From: Candidatus Latescibacterota bacterium
Lineage (GTDB): Bacteria; Latescibacterota; UBA2968
Direction: 5' to 3'
Assembly (NCBI GenBank): GCA_965208125.1
Contig: OZ242320.1
Location: forward strand, 4,704,001-4,768,000
DNA length: 64,000 nucleotides
Position numbers and translations under genes: made by a program. The notes beneath the pieces are model-generated. The model did not search any database. It was given only the letters and a program-made list of their open reading frames with translations, and was not told where the DNA came from. Positions within the stretch are counted from its first letter, which is position 1; each line of letters starts with the position of its first letter. Shown piece after piece: positions 8,882-18,782 of this stretch.

Positions 8882-11062
8882 ATGGCAATGGATTTAGCGG
8901 ATCGAGAGCGGCCTTATGTGGGTCGTGCCACGGTCGCTGTGGTTGGCAATCCCAATACGGGCAAGACAACGCTTTTTAACGCTCTGACGGGGCTTTCGCA
9001 GCGCGTGGGAAATTTTCCAGGCGTTACGGTTGAGCGCAAGATTGGACAATTGACATTGCCCAACGCAGGTGCGATTGACCTGCTGGATTTGCCCGGGACA
9101 TACAGTCTTTCAGCCAAGTCTCCGGATGAACTTATTGCTGTTGAAGCACTGATGGGGTTGTTGAAGAGCGAGAGCACCATTCAAGCTGTGCTCGTGGTTC
9201 TCGACGCCAGCAATTTGAGACGCAGTTTATATATCGTATCTCAACTTCTCGAAATTGATTTGCCCCTGGTTGTGGCCCTCAATATGTTAGATGTGGCCAA
9301 GGCCAGGGGCATTGTTATTGATGCGCCTGCTCTGAGCGAGCGTTTGGGCGTTCCAGTTATTCCCATACAGGCCAATAAGCGCGTTGGGCTTGATGAATTG
9401 AAAGAAGCTCTTTCTCGGATTGTTGAAAAGGGTAAGATTCCATCGCGCAGTCCGATATTGCCACAATCCTGGTGGACAGACGCTGAGCAGTTGGCGCGAA
9501 AATACGAAGGTGTATCTACGGGCCTGGTGCTGCGTGTGTTGATTGAGAATCAGAACGCCTTTGCAGTTCATGTCGTGGAACGCTTTGGCGATGAATTCGC
9601 CGCTGATCTCCACGCGTTGCGAGCACAGGTCAATGCGGATGATGCGCTGGCGAATCGCGAGATCGAATTGCGCTATAGATGGATTGATGAGGTTCTCGAT
9701 GATGTGCTACGCGATCCCGAACCGCTTCGCGTGACCCGTTCTGATCGGTTAGATCGGATTTTGACCCACCCGCTGTGGGGCAGCCTGAGTTTTGCTGTGA
9801 TTATGGCCTTTGTTTTCCAATCGATTTTTTCGTGGGCCGTGCCCCTGATGGATAGTATTGACGCGTTGTTTGGGATGGTCGGAGGATGGGCTTCGAGCTA
9901 TCTTCCCGAGGGTGCGCTGCAAAGTATGGTGGTGGATGGGGTTATCGCCGGGGTGGGCGGCGTAGTCATTTTTTTGCCCCAGATCTGCATCCTGTTTCTC
10001 TTTATTGCCATACTGGAAGATTGCGGTTATATGGCCCGCGCGGCGCTGTTGATGGATCGCCTGTTAACGCCGTGTGGTTTGTCTGGGAAGTCTTTTATTC
10101 CTCTCTTGTCGAGTTTTGCCTGTGCGATTCCAGGGGTGATGGCTACGCGAACGATTAATGATCCCAAAGACCGCATTGCCACGATGCTGGTAGCGCCGTT
10201 GATGAGTTGCTCTGCGCGTTTGCCGGTGTACGCGATTTTTATTGGGGCTTTTATTCCCGATCGAGATGTTTGGGGGGGAATTGGGTTGCAGGGGCTTACG
10301 CTTTTCGCGCTGTACTGCGTTGGTATTGTTGTGGCTATTCCCGTTGCGTGGATTTTAAAAAAGACGCTATTGAGAGGGCAGTCCACGCCTTTTTTACTCG
10401 AGTTGCCGTCTTACAAAATTCCAGATGTGGGCACTGTTGGGATGCGTATTTATCAAAGTGCGAGGCATTTTCTCGAAAGAGCTGGTACATTGATTCTCGC
10501 CGCGACGATTGTGATGTGGGCACTGGCGTATTTCCCGCGGTCTGAGACGATTGCCGCGCATTACGAGGTTGAGCGCGAGCGATTGATTGGGGCACCGGAG
10601 GAAGTTTTGGATGATTTGCGCGCGAAAGAAGCTGGCGACATGCTCGAGCAGAGTTTTCTGGGGCGGATGGGACATGCTATTGAACCCGTCGTAGAACCAT
10701 TGGGATGGGATTGGCGGATTGGGATGGCGGCACTGGCATCTTTCCCAGCGCGGGAAGTAATTGTCGCGGTTCTGGGTACTATTTACAGTCTGGGAGAGGT
10801 GGATGAGGAATCGGCGTCGCTTAGAGGCGCGCTTCAGGCTGCGACCTGGTCGGATGGACGAAAGGTGTTTAATATCCCGGTTGCACTGTCTATTATGGTG
10901 TTTTTTGCACTGTGCGCGCAGTGCGTTTCCACGCTTGCGGTTATTCAACGCGAAACAGGCGCCTGGCGGTGGCCCGTGCTGACTTTTGTTTATATGACGG
11001 TGCTCGCCTATATCGGCGCATTTGTGACTTATCGCCTTGGAATGGCGCTTGGATGGGAGTAA
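8882..11062 (+). CDS. feoB: Ferrous iron transport protein B
   Basis: GNPNTGKTT, VGNFPGVTVE, DLPGTYSL and NMLD GTPase motifs; gate and TM domains with PLMSCSARLPVY. Confidence 0.97.
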   Translation: MAMDLADRERPYVGRATVAVVGNPNTGKTTLFNALTGLSQRVGNFPGVTVERKIGQLTLPNAGAIDLLDLPGTYSLSAKSPDELIAVEALMGLLKSESTIQAVLVVLDASNLRRSLYIVSQLLEIDLPLVVALNMLDVAKARGIVIDAPALSERLGVPVIPIQANKRVGLDELKEALSRIVEKGKIPSRSPILPQSWWTDAEQLARKYEGVSTGLVLRVLIENQNAFAVHVVERFGDEFAADLHALRAQVNADDALANREIELRYRWIDEVLDDVLRDPEPLRVTRSDRLDRILTHPLWGSLSFAVIMAFVFQSIFSWAVPLMDSIDALFGMVGGWASSYLPEGALQSMVVDGVIAGVGGVVIFLPQICILFLFIAILEDCGYMARAALLMDRLLTPCGLSGKSFIPLLSSFACAIPGVMATRTINDPKDRIATMLVAPLMSCSARLPVYAIFIGAFIPDRDVWGGIGLQGLTLFALYCVGIVVAIPVAWILKKTLLRGQSTPFLLELPSYKIPDVGTVGMRIYQSARHFLERAGTLILAATIVMWALAYFPRSETIAAHYEVERERLIGAPEEVLDDLRAKEAGDMLEQSFLGRMGHAIEPVVEPLGWDWRIGMAALASFPAREVIVAVLGTIYSLGEVDEESASLRGALQAATWSDGRKVFNIPVALSIMVFFALCAQCVSTLAVIQRETGAWRWPVLTFVYMTVLAYIGAFVTYRLGMALGWE

Positions 11063-11066
11063 TGGT

Positions 11067-11225
11067 ATGACCGACTGGCAAAATTGGATCGCGGTTGTTG
11101 TGGCACTCTGGTGTGCCTATCGCGTCATTGGCGAGGTTGTAAGGCCGTTTTTAGCTTCGTCGTGTACGGGTTGCGGTGGTGCGTGTGAAGAAGAGAAGCG
11201 CGAGGATTTGATTGAGATTGAATAA
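11067..11225 (+). CDS. FeoB-associated Cys-rich small membrane protein
   Basis: One TM helix followed by CTGCGGAC; lies immediately after feoB. Confidence 0.75.
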   Translation: MTDWQNWIAVVVALWCAYRVIGEVVRPFLASSCTGCGGACEEEKREDLIEIE

Positions 11226-11255
11226 GTAGGAAAAACCGGACGTTTCGTTTTGTAT

Positions 11256-11294
11256 AAAAACCCTTCAATCTGTGGATTGAGGGGTTTTTCTTTT
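11256..11294 (+). terminator. Rho-independent terminator after the feo operon
   Basis: AAAAACCCTTCAATC-tgtg-GATTGAGGGGTTTTTCTTTT. Confidence 0.85.
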
Positions 11295-11295
11295 C

Positions 11296-11340
11296 TTGAC
11301 CGGATCCCTTGATTTTTATATTTTTAGTTTTGACTAAATT
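11296..11340 (+). promoter_or_regulatory. Promoter with overlapping DtxR/MntR-type operator
   Basis: TTGACC (11296-11301), 17-nt spacer, TATTTT; perfect palindrome TTTAGT-TTTG-ACTAAA (11323-11338) of the TTTAG-N6-CTAAA type. Confidence 0.7.
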
Positions 11341-11392
11341 TTATTTTAGCAGTACTATAAGAAGTATTGTAGGCATGTATAACGGAGGGTGT

Positions 11393-12307
11393 ATGTATCG
11401 ATTTTTCATTATGGCTGGTGTTTTATTGCTATGCGCGTGTGGCGGAGGCGAAACGCCGCCGGTTAAAAATAATAAAAAGCTGGTGGTGTGTACGACCGGG
11501 ATGGTTGGCGATCTGGTGCGCCATGTTGCGGGGGATCGCGCTGAGGTGATTTCCCTGATGGGACCTGGGATTGATCCGCATTATTACAAGGCGACGCAGG
11601 GCGATTTGCAGAAACTGTCTCGAGCAGATGTGATATTTTACAATGGTCTTTTTTTGGAAGGCAAGCTGGAAGGTATTTTTGAAAAGATGGCGCGCAGCAA
11701 GACGGTGATTCCCGTGTCGCGGGATATTCCCAAAGATAGGCTGCGGAAACCGGTTGCTGGACAAGGGGAGCACGATCCGCATATCTGGTTTGACGTCAGC
11801 ATGTGGGCAGAGACCCTGCATGTGGTAGTCCAGACTCTGAGCGAGCGTGACGCCGATGGTGCAGGTGTGTTTCGTGCCAATGCCGAGGCGTATCGCAAGC
11901 AATTGCACGATCTCGACGCCTGGGCAAAAGAGCAGATTGCACGCATTCCCAGCGATCAGCGCGTGTTGATTACGGCACACGACGCCTTTGGATATTTTGG
12001 TCTTGCTTACGGCATTGAAGTCCGCGGGCTTCAGGGGATTTCGACTGTAGCTGAATACGGCGTCAATGATGTGTCTTTGCTGGTAGATTTTATTGTCAAA
12101 CGGCGGGTGAAAGCCATTTTTGTTGAAAGCAGTGTGCCCGAGCGTTCGATCAATGCCGTGCGCGAGGGGTGCAAAGCGCGAGGGTGGGATGTAGCAATTG
12201 GAGGTACGCTGTATTCCGACGCAATGGGACCTGCGGGCAGTGGAGCTGATACGTACATTGGTATGGTGCAGTCAAACGTAAACACAATTGTCGAGGCATT
12301 AAAATAA
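11393..12307 (+). CDS. troA: Mn/Zn/Fe ABC transporter substrate-binding lipoprotein (TroA/MntA-like)
   Basis: Lipobox LLCAC; DPHYY, DPHIWFD, TAHDAFGYFG and LYSDAMG; GGAGG RBS before 11393. Confidence 0.92.
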   Translation: MYRFFIMAGVLLLCACGGGETPPVKNNKKLVVCTTGMVGDLVRHVAGDRAEVISLMGPGIDPHYYKATQGDLQKLSRADVIFYNGLFLEGKLEGIFEKMARSKTVIPVSRDIPKDRLRKPVAGQGEHDPHIWFDVSMWAETLHVVVQTLSERDADGAGVFRANAEAYRKQLHDLDAWAKEQIARIPSDQRVLITAHDAFGYFGLAYGIEVRGLQGISTVAEYGVNDVSLLVDFIVKRRVKAIFVESSVPERSINAVREGCKARGWDVAIGGTLYSDAMGPAGSGADTYIGMVQSNVNTIVEALK

Positions 12308-13092
12308 TGTTACATGCCGTTGATGAATCGGTGACGCCCATTCATATTCACGATATGACGGTGGCGTATCACAAGAAACCCGTTCTGTGGGATGTCGATC
12401 TCGCCGTGCCAGAAGGCAAACTCGTAGGGATTGTGGGTCCAAATGGCGCGGGCAAGAGCACGATGATCAAAGCCATTATGGATCTCGTGCCCAAGGCTTC
12501 AGGGTGGGTCCGCATCTACGGCAAGTCCTATTCGCGCATGCGCCAGGCCATTGGCTATGTGCCGCAACGCGAGTCAGTGGATTGGGATTTTCCCATTAAT
12601 GCCTTAGATGTGGTGCTTATGGGGCGTTATGGGCACGTTGGGTGGGTGAGACGTCCGGATAAAATTGACAGAGAACTGGCTGAGGATGCACTTGAAAAAG
12701 TCGGTATGACCGATTTTGGGCATCGGCAGATCAATCAGCTTTCGGGGGGCCAGCAACAGCGGGTTTTTCTGGCACGCGCTCTGGCACAAGATGCACAAAT
12801 TTATTTGATGGACGAACCCTTTGCCGGCGTGGATGCGGCGACCGAACGCGCCATTATAGATATTTTGATGGATCTGAGGGCGCGAAAAAAGACTATGCTG
12901 GTTGTACATCACGATTTGCACACGGTGAACCAGTATTTTGACTGGCTGGTTTTGATCAATATGCGGATCGTTGCCGCGGGTGAGACAAAAGATGTGTTCA
13001 CAGAAGACAATTTGAACAAAACTTATGGCGGACGGTTGACGGTGCTTTCCGAAGCCGCACAGGCTGTTGCCCATCATCAGCGGGGGTTATGA
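12307..13092 (+). CDS. troB: Metal ABC transporter ATP-binding protein (TroB-like)
   Basis: GPNGAGKST, LSGGQQQRVFLARAL and MDEPFAGVD. Confidence 0.95.
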   Translation: MLHAVDESVTPIHIHDMTVAYHKKPVLWDVDLAVPEGKLVGIVGPNGAGKSTMIKAIMDLVPKASGWVRIYGKSYSRMRQAIGYVPQRESVDWDFPINALDVVLMGRYGHVGWVRRPDKIDRELAEDALEKVGMTDFGHRQINQLSGGQQQRVFLARALAQDAQIYLMDEPFAGVDAATERAIIDILMDLRARKKTMLVVHHDLHTVNQYFDWLVLINMRIVAAGETKDVFTEDNLNKTYGGRLTVLSEAAQAVAHHQRGL

Positions 13093-13093
13093 G

Positions 13094-14380
13094 GTGGTTT
13101 GGGACGCGACATTTCAACTGGTTTTGCTCGGCTCGCTATTGATCGGGGCGACATCGGGCACGCTGGGTGCATTTGCCGTGTTGCGGCGGCGCAGCCTTTT
13201 GGGCGATGCGCTGGCGCATGCAGCACTTCCCGGCGTTGCGCTGGCATTTCTATGGTCGCAGAGCAAAGCATTGCCCATTTTGCTTTTGGGTGCGACTATT
13301 TCCGGCGTGGTGGGAGTGCTTATTATTGAGGCTATTGTCAATTACACGCGCATCAAAGCAGATGCCGCGCTGGGCATTGTGCTTTCGGTCTTTTTTGGTG
13401 GGGGTATTGTGTTGCTCACGCATATTCAGCAGAGCGAGGTGGGCAATCAAAGCGGCCTGGATAAATTTCTTTTTGGACAGGCTGCGTCTATTGTGCGCGC
13501 TGATTTGTATGTGATGTGTATTGTCTCCGTGCTGGTTATGGGCGCGGTTTTTCTTTTTTATAAAGAATTTAAGGGACTCATTTTTGATGCGGAGTTTCTA
13601 TCTTCACTGGGATTTTCCCAGCGTGTGGTTGATCTTTTTTTAATGGGGCTGATCGTGCTTACCGTTATGGTGGGGCTTCAGGCTGTGGGCGTTATTCTCA
13701 TTGCTGCGATGTTGATTACCCCGGCTGCTGCTGCGCGGTTTTGGACAAATCGGCTGCATGTGATGGTGCTGGTGTCGGGCATTTTGGGCGCGTTATGCGG
13801 TGCAGTGGGCGTTGGGCTGAGCGCGCTGGCACCCCGAATCCCAACGGGACCGGTTATGGTGCTGGTTGCAACGGCTGCATTTCTAATTTCTGTGCTGATT
13901 GCCCCCAGACGCGGGGTGCTCGCCAGATGGGCGAGGCTCAGGGCAAATGCATTGCGGGAAAATGGTCAGCATTTTTTGCGGGCATATCTCGCGTTGCAGG
14001 CGCAGAACGAGCGGGAGGTTGTGTTGTCGGATCTCGCCAACGAGCTTCAGTTGCCACTTTACCGCGTACGTCGGCTTGCAAAGCGTCTCGTGCGCGATGG
14101 GCGGGTGAGTTTGCACAATGGTGCGTGTTCTTTGACGGAATTGGGACACAAGGAGGCGGATTTTGTAGTCAAATCCCATCAGCTATGGGAATATTATCTG
14201 GTTTATCGGTCTATATTAGAAGAGGATCACGTGGATAGACCCGCCGATGAAGTCGAGCACATTTTAACGCCCGAGATCATTGAACAGCTCGAATCAATTC
14301 TGGCACAAGAAGATATAGATATTGTCGGAGATATTCACAAAACGCACAGTGGCTATCGGAGGACCGGTCAAGATGAGTGA
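13094..14380 (+). CDS. troC: Metal ABC permease (TroC-like) fused to a C-terminal DtxR-like domain
   Basis: GDALAHAALPG permease motif; C-terminus contains SHQLWEYYL...HVDRPADEVEHIL; GTG start assumed. Confidence 0.88.
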   Translation: MVWDATFQLVLLGSLLIGATSGTLGAFAVLRRRSLLGDALAHAALPGVALAFLWSQSKALPILLLGATISGVVGVLIIEAIVNYTRIKADAALGIVLSVFFGGGIVLLTHIQQSEVGNQSGLDKFLFGQAASIVRADLYVMCIVSVLVMGAVFLFYKEFKGLIFDAEFLSSLGFSQRVVDLFLMGLIVLTVMVGLQAVGVILIAAMLITPAAAARFWTNRLHVMVLVSGILGALCGAVGVGLSALAPRIPTGPVMVLVATAAFLISVLIAPRRGVLARWARLRANALRENGQHFLRAYLALQAQNEREVVLSDLANELQLPLYRVRRLAKRLVRDGRVSLHNGACSLTELGHKEADFVVKSHQLWEYYLVYRSILEEDHVDRPADEVEHILTPEIIEQLESILAQEDIDIVGDIHKTHSGYRRTGQDE

Positions 14381-15647
14381 GATATGGGGACCATTTTGGA
14401 TTGTGCTTACAGGCGCGCTGGCCGGAGCCTCGTGTGGTTTGTTGGGCGCGTATCTCGTGTTGCGTAAGATGTCGCTTTTGGGCGATGCACTCAGCCATGC
14501 TGTTTTGCCGGGTATTGTTATTGCGTTTCTGATTTCGGGCAGCCGCGATGTGATTCCGATGTTTATTGGTGCTGCTATATGCGGAGTGATTGCCACAGTG
14601 TTGATTGAGACATTTCACCGCAGGTGGCGCGTGCAAGAAGACTCATCGATAGGCATTGTTTTTACAGCACTTTTCGCGCTGGGAGTTGTTTTGATCACGG
14701 CATTTGCTGGACAGGTCGATCTCGATCAGGAATGCGTCCTTTACGGAGAGATCGCTTACACGCCCTGGGACCGCCTGTTCTGGGGAGAATGGGATTTGGG
14801 ACCGCGCCCTGTATGGATTCTCGGAACGGTCTTTGCACTTAATATCGCGCTTGTCCTGGTGTTCTACAAAGAGCTTTTGATCGCATCTTTCGACGCCGAG
14901 ATGGCTCTTTCTGTGGGCGTGAGCGCCGCGATCGTGCATTATATGCTGATGGGAGCTGTTTCTGTGACAACAGTAGCCGCATTTGAGTCCGTAGGTGCTA
15001 TTCTCGTTGTAGCTATGCTGATCGTGCCCGGCGCTTCGGCTTATTTGTGGAGTGATCGATTAAAAGTCATTTTGACGCTGTCTGCGCTTATGGGCGTTAT
15101 TTCCGCAATAGCCGGATATTTTCTCGCAGGGATTTGGAATAGTTCTATTGCCGGGGCTATGGTTGTGGTTATGGGTGTGTTGTTCGCGCTTTCCCTGGTT
15201 TTTGCGCCCCACTATGGGTTGTTGGGGCGATTTGTTCGGCAGGTGCGGCTCTCTCTGAGGGTTGCGCGAGATCACGTCTTGCTGAAGTTGCTCCGCGAGC
15301 GGGAATCGAAGCGCGTCTCTGCGCTCAGTTGGGGTGATCTGGTCGATACGGCTGCGCGTTGGGTGTCTGGTATTGCGATTCGATCGTTGATGTGGCAAGG
15401 GTTGATCACGCGGGAAAACGGACATTTTTCATTGGGGAAACAGGGCGTTATACACGCGACCAGATTGCTTCGCAATCACAGACTTTGGGAGTCCTACCTG
15501 AACCAACTGGGGCTTCCGCCAGATCATGTACACGCCCCTGCCGATGCGCTGGAACACTTTACGGATGACCGCTTGCGAGAAGAAATTCGAGCGGCATTGC
15601 CCAATATCGCAACCGATCCACAGGGCAAGCGCATTCCCGAAGGATAG
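14373..15647 (+). CDS. troD: Metal ABC permease (TroD-like) fused to a C-terminal DtxR-like domain
   Basis: GDALSHAVLPG; C-terminus contains RNHRLWESYL...HVHAPADALEH...DPQGKRIP. Confidence 0.88.
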   Translation: MSEIWGPFWIVLTGALAGASCGLLGAYLVLRKMSLLGDALSHAVLPGIVIAFLISGSRDVIPMFIGAAICGVIATVLIETFHRRWRVQEDSSIGIVFTALFALGVVLITAFAGQVDLDQECVLYGEIAYTPWDRLFWGEWDLGPRPVWILGTVFALNIALVLVFYKELLIASFDAEMALSVGVSAAIVHYMLMGAVSVTTVAAFESVGAILVVAMLIVPGASAYLWSDRLKVILTLSALMGVISAIAGYFLAGIWNSSIAGAMVVVMGVLFALSLVFAPHYGLLGRFVRQVRLSLRVARDHVLLKLLRERESKRVSALSWGDLVDTAARWVSGIAIRSLMWQGLITRENGHFSLGKQGVIHATRLLRNHRLWESYLNQLGLPPDHVHAPADALEHFTDDRLREEIRAALPNIATDPQGKRIPEG

Positions 15648-15704
15648 GATATGCTTGCTTGTATGTGAGGTTTATCTTACTTTTTGTGATAGTTATTTGG
15701 GGAG

Positions 15705-16388
15705 ATGAATATGATTAGTCAATCGTCACAGGACTATTTGAAAACGATCTATAAGCTGACACACGGGCAGAATCCCGTCGATTCTGTGACGACGTCGCTG
15801 ATTGCAGAGCACAGGGCTGTTGCTCCCGCTTCGGTTACCAATATGCTCAAGAAACTCGCCGCGATGAAGCTGGTGGAACATACGCCCTATCAGGGCGTTG
15901 TACTTACATCGACGGGAAAACGCATTGCCCTTGAAGTCCTTCGCCACCACCGTTTGCTCGAGTTATATTTGTCAGAGGTACTGGGATTTGATCTGGATAA
16001 GGTCGATGAGGAGGCAGATCGATTGGAGCATGTGATTTCTGAGGAGTTTGAAGATAAAATTGATCGCATGCTGGGGTATCCGACAGTCGATCCTCACGGT
16101 GCGCCGATTCCGCGCAAAGACGGTTCAATAGAATACGACCATTATCTGTGTTTGTCAGATATTCCAGCAGGAAAAAATGTACGCGTCAGGCAGGTGAGTG
16201 ATCAAAGCGCGGAGATGTTGCGCTATATGGCGACGATGGGTATTAAACCCAATGTCGAGATCGAGGTGGTGGGGCGTGCGCCTTTTAACGGTCCGCTGGA
16301 AATTGTAGTCAATGGCGAGGCCACGTATTCGCTTGGGCTTGAAGTGGCTGCACATATTTATGTTTCATCATTGGGGGAAGATGACTGA
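15705..16388 (+). CDS. DtxR/MntR/TroR-family repressor with C-terminal FeoA-like domain
   Basis: QDYLKTIYKL, RHHRLLELYL, EEADRLEHVIS and DPHGAPIP. Confidence 0.93.
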   Translation: MNMISQSSQDYLKTIYKLTHGQNPVDSVTTSLIAEHRAVAPASVTNMLKKLAAMKLVEHTPYQGVVLTSTGKRIALEVLRHHRLLELYLSEVLGFDLDKVDEEADRLEHVISEEFEDKIDRMLGYPTVDPHGAPIPRKDGSIEYDHYLCLSDIPAGKNVRVRQVSDQSAEMLRYMATMGIKPNVEIEVVGRAPFNGPLEIVVNGEATYSLGLEVAAHIYVSSLGEDD

Positions 16389-16389
16389 T

Positions 16390-18006
16390 ATGGGTAGAGT
16401 TGTGCTTTTGTTGACGATTGTTTTATTGGCGGGCGGATCCGTGCATGCACAAGTTCCGCCCATTTTTACGCCCGGAACAGAACTTCACGATATTTATTGT
16501 CGCGCATGTGCCCATTTTTTTCCTGAGACTCTGCCTGCTGACAGCGAGTTTCGGCTGGATAGAGCTATCTGTGGGACATCGGCAATAAGAGGTCTGACTG
16601 CGAATTGGGATCGTTTGCCTCCCGCTGCAAAGGAGGCATTTGCGTTTCTTCAGCAGCGTCCTATTCTGAGTCATTCAATTCTGTCTTCAGGGGGGCATTT
16701 CAAGATTCACTACAATACGACGGGGACGCACGCCGTTGCTCCAACAGACGCAGATGGCAATGGCGTTCCGGATTATGTCGATGAGACCGCGCGGGTTTTT
16801 GAGTCGGTTTGGGATTTGGAGATCAATCAGTTGGGCTACAATCCTCCGCCATCTGATGGCGATGGTGTTTACGACATTTATATCAAAAATCTCGCCATTC
16901 AGCAGGCTTATGGTTTTGCATATCCGGAGACATTTACGGAATCGAGAACGTCGAGTTATATGGAAATTGACAATAATTTTACAGATAATATTTATCCTGT
17001 AAATTCACGCGGATTTAACGGATTGCGCGTGACGGCTGCCCACGAGTTTTTTCACGCGATTCAATTTGGGTATTATGCCGATTTTGGTGCCGCCTGGTGG
17101 CAAGAGCTCACTGCGACCTGGATGGAGGATGTGGCTTATCCCGACGTAAATGATTTTTACCAGTACATGAGTTGTCCGAGCAATTTTTGTTGTATTTACG
17201 ACAATCCCGAGGCGTCATTGGACAAGTTTTCTCGCAGTCTTCATCCTTTCGGCGCGTCGGTTTTTGCCCACTACGTTGAGCAGGTGTACGGTGCAGGGGT
17301 GATCAAAAGCGTTTGGGAATTGCTCAGAAGGCGCGACCCGAGCAATTATAGTTTGTCGCTTATTGATGATGGGATGCCTTTGGGCGGATTTGCCCAGGTA
17401 ATGCCGCGGTTTGCTGCCTGGAATTATTTAACTGATTTGCGTGTTCGCCCCGGATATTATGTTGAGGCGCGCGATTTGCCTTCGATAAAGCACGCCAATA
17501 TATTCCTCGGCACAGGTGGTTCTTTTGAAGGGGCTGAAACGGTTGATCATTTGGGGACGACATATTTGCGCGTGGCAACTTCGAATATCGCTGGTGGGCT
17601 TCGGGGGGTGTTTTCACTGGACGATCAGGGTCAGTGGAAGTTGCTGGTTATGCTGATCTCTCCATCTGGGGTTGAGCTATTGTACCCGCGGGGGACAACG
17701 GTGGTTATTCCCAGAGCCAATCGTTTTGACGAGGTTGTATTTATCGTGATGGAGACATCGCTTTCGGGAGAAAGGCTGAGCGTGGATTACACGCTGTCAA
17801 CTGGCGGAAGTACTGCGACAGATCTCGTGTGCGATGTCGATGGCGATGGGCGCGTTGCATTTTCCGATTTTCTGCGCTTTGCAGATGGTTTTAAGCGCTT
17901 GCATACTGATAGTAAGTACGATCCAAAATTGGATTTCAATGGTGATGGCCCCATTGATTTTCTGGATTTCCTTATTTTTGTTTCCCATTTTGGTGAATCG
18001 CGTTAA
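16390..18006 (+). CDS. Secreted zincin-like metalloprotease with C-terminal dockerin/EF-hand-like repeats
   Basis: Signal peptide; TAAHEFFHAIQ...WWQELTATWME; C-terminal DVDGDGRVAFSDF and DFNGDGPIDFLDF. Confidence 0.8.
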   Translation: MGRVVLLLTIVLLAGGSVHAQVPPIFTPGTELHDIYCRACAHFFPETLPADSEFRLDRAICGTSAIRGLTANWDRLPPAAKEAFAFLQQRPILSHSILSSGGHFKIHYNTTGTHAVAPTDADGNGVPDYVDETARVFESVWDLEINQLGYNPPPSDGDGVYDIYIKNLAIQQAYGFAYPETFTESRTSSYMEIDNNFTDNIYPVNSRGFNGLRVTAAHEFFHAIQFGYYADFGAAWWQELTATWMEDVAYPDVNDFYQYMSCPSNFCCIYDNPEASLDKFSRSLHPFGASVFAHYVEQVYGAGVIKSVWELLRRRDPSNYSLSLIDDGMPLGGFAQVMPRFAAWNYLTDLRVRPGYYVEARDLPSIKHANIFLGTGGSFEGAETVDHLGTTYLRVATSNIAGGLRGVFSLDDQGQWKLLVMLISPSGVELLYPRGTTVVIPRANRFDEVVFIVMETSLSGERLSVDYTLSTGGSTATDLVCDVDGDGRVAFSDFLRFADGFKRLHTDSKYDPKLDFNGDGPIDFLDFLIFVSHFGESR

Positions 18007-18017
18007 GGGAGTGCGCT

Positions 18018-18782
18018 GTGATTGTATTGCGAACAGATCGAGAACTGGATTTGATGGTTGAGGCAAACCGCATTGTGGGGCTGGTGCATCGCACACTCAA
18101 ACCGCTTATTAAAGTGGGGACGACGACAAGAGAACTGGATGTCGTGGCTGAAGATGTGATTCGATCACACGGTGCAGAACCCGCATTTAAGGGGTATAAG
18201 GGTTATCCAGCAGCGAGTTGTGTTTCAATTAACGAACAGGTCGTACACGGGATTCCCGGAGAGCGAAAGCTGATGGATGGCGATATTGTCAGCATTGATA
18301 TTGGTGTGAAATTGCGGGGCTACTACGGCGATCAGGCGATTACGCGTGTTGTTGGAAATATTTCGGAGCGAGAAAAAGAGCTTCTCAAGGTGACGCGGGA
18401 AGCCTTGTTTAAGGGGATTGAGCAAGCGGTTGCCGGAAGACGTCTGAGCGATATTTGCGGTGCGGTGCAAAACTGGGTTGAGAAATTTGGGTTTTCTGTT
18501 GTGCGGCAATTTGTGGGGCATGGCATTGGGCGCAGGTTGCACGAAGAACCCGCCGTGCCCAATTATGTACCTCCAGAGCGCAACCCGCGTTTGCGAAAGG
18601 GGATGGTGCTCGCCATTGAGCCGATGGTCAATTTGGGAACGCACGAAGTTGTGGTGGCCGATGACGGTTGGACAGCTTCGGCTGTGGATGGGTTGCCTTC
18701 GGCGCATTTTGAGCATGTGGTGGCGATTACGCATGGAGAACCCAGGATTTTGACGATGTTTGAGGAAGAAATCGATGCGTAA
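18018..18782 (+). CDS. map: Type I methionyl aminopeptidase
   Basis: SINEQVVHGIP, DIVSIDIG, GHGIG..LHEEP, AIEPM and SAHFEH. Confidence 0.96.
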   Translation: MIVLRTDRELDLMVEANRIVGLVHRTLKPLIKVGTTTRELDVVAEDVIRSHGAEPAFKGYKGYPAASCVSINEQVVHGIPGERKLMDGDIVSIDIGVKLRGYYGDQAITRVVGNISEREKELLKVTREALFKGIEQAVAGRRLSDICGAVQNWVEKFGFSVVRQFVGHGIGRRLHEEPAVPNYVPPERNPRLRKGMVLAIEPMVNLGTHEVVVADDGWTASAVDGLPSAHFEHVVAITHGEPRILTMFEEEIDA

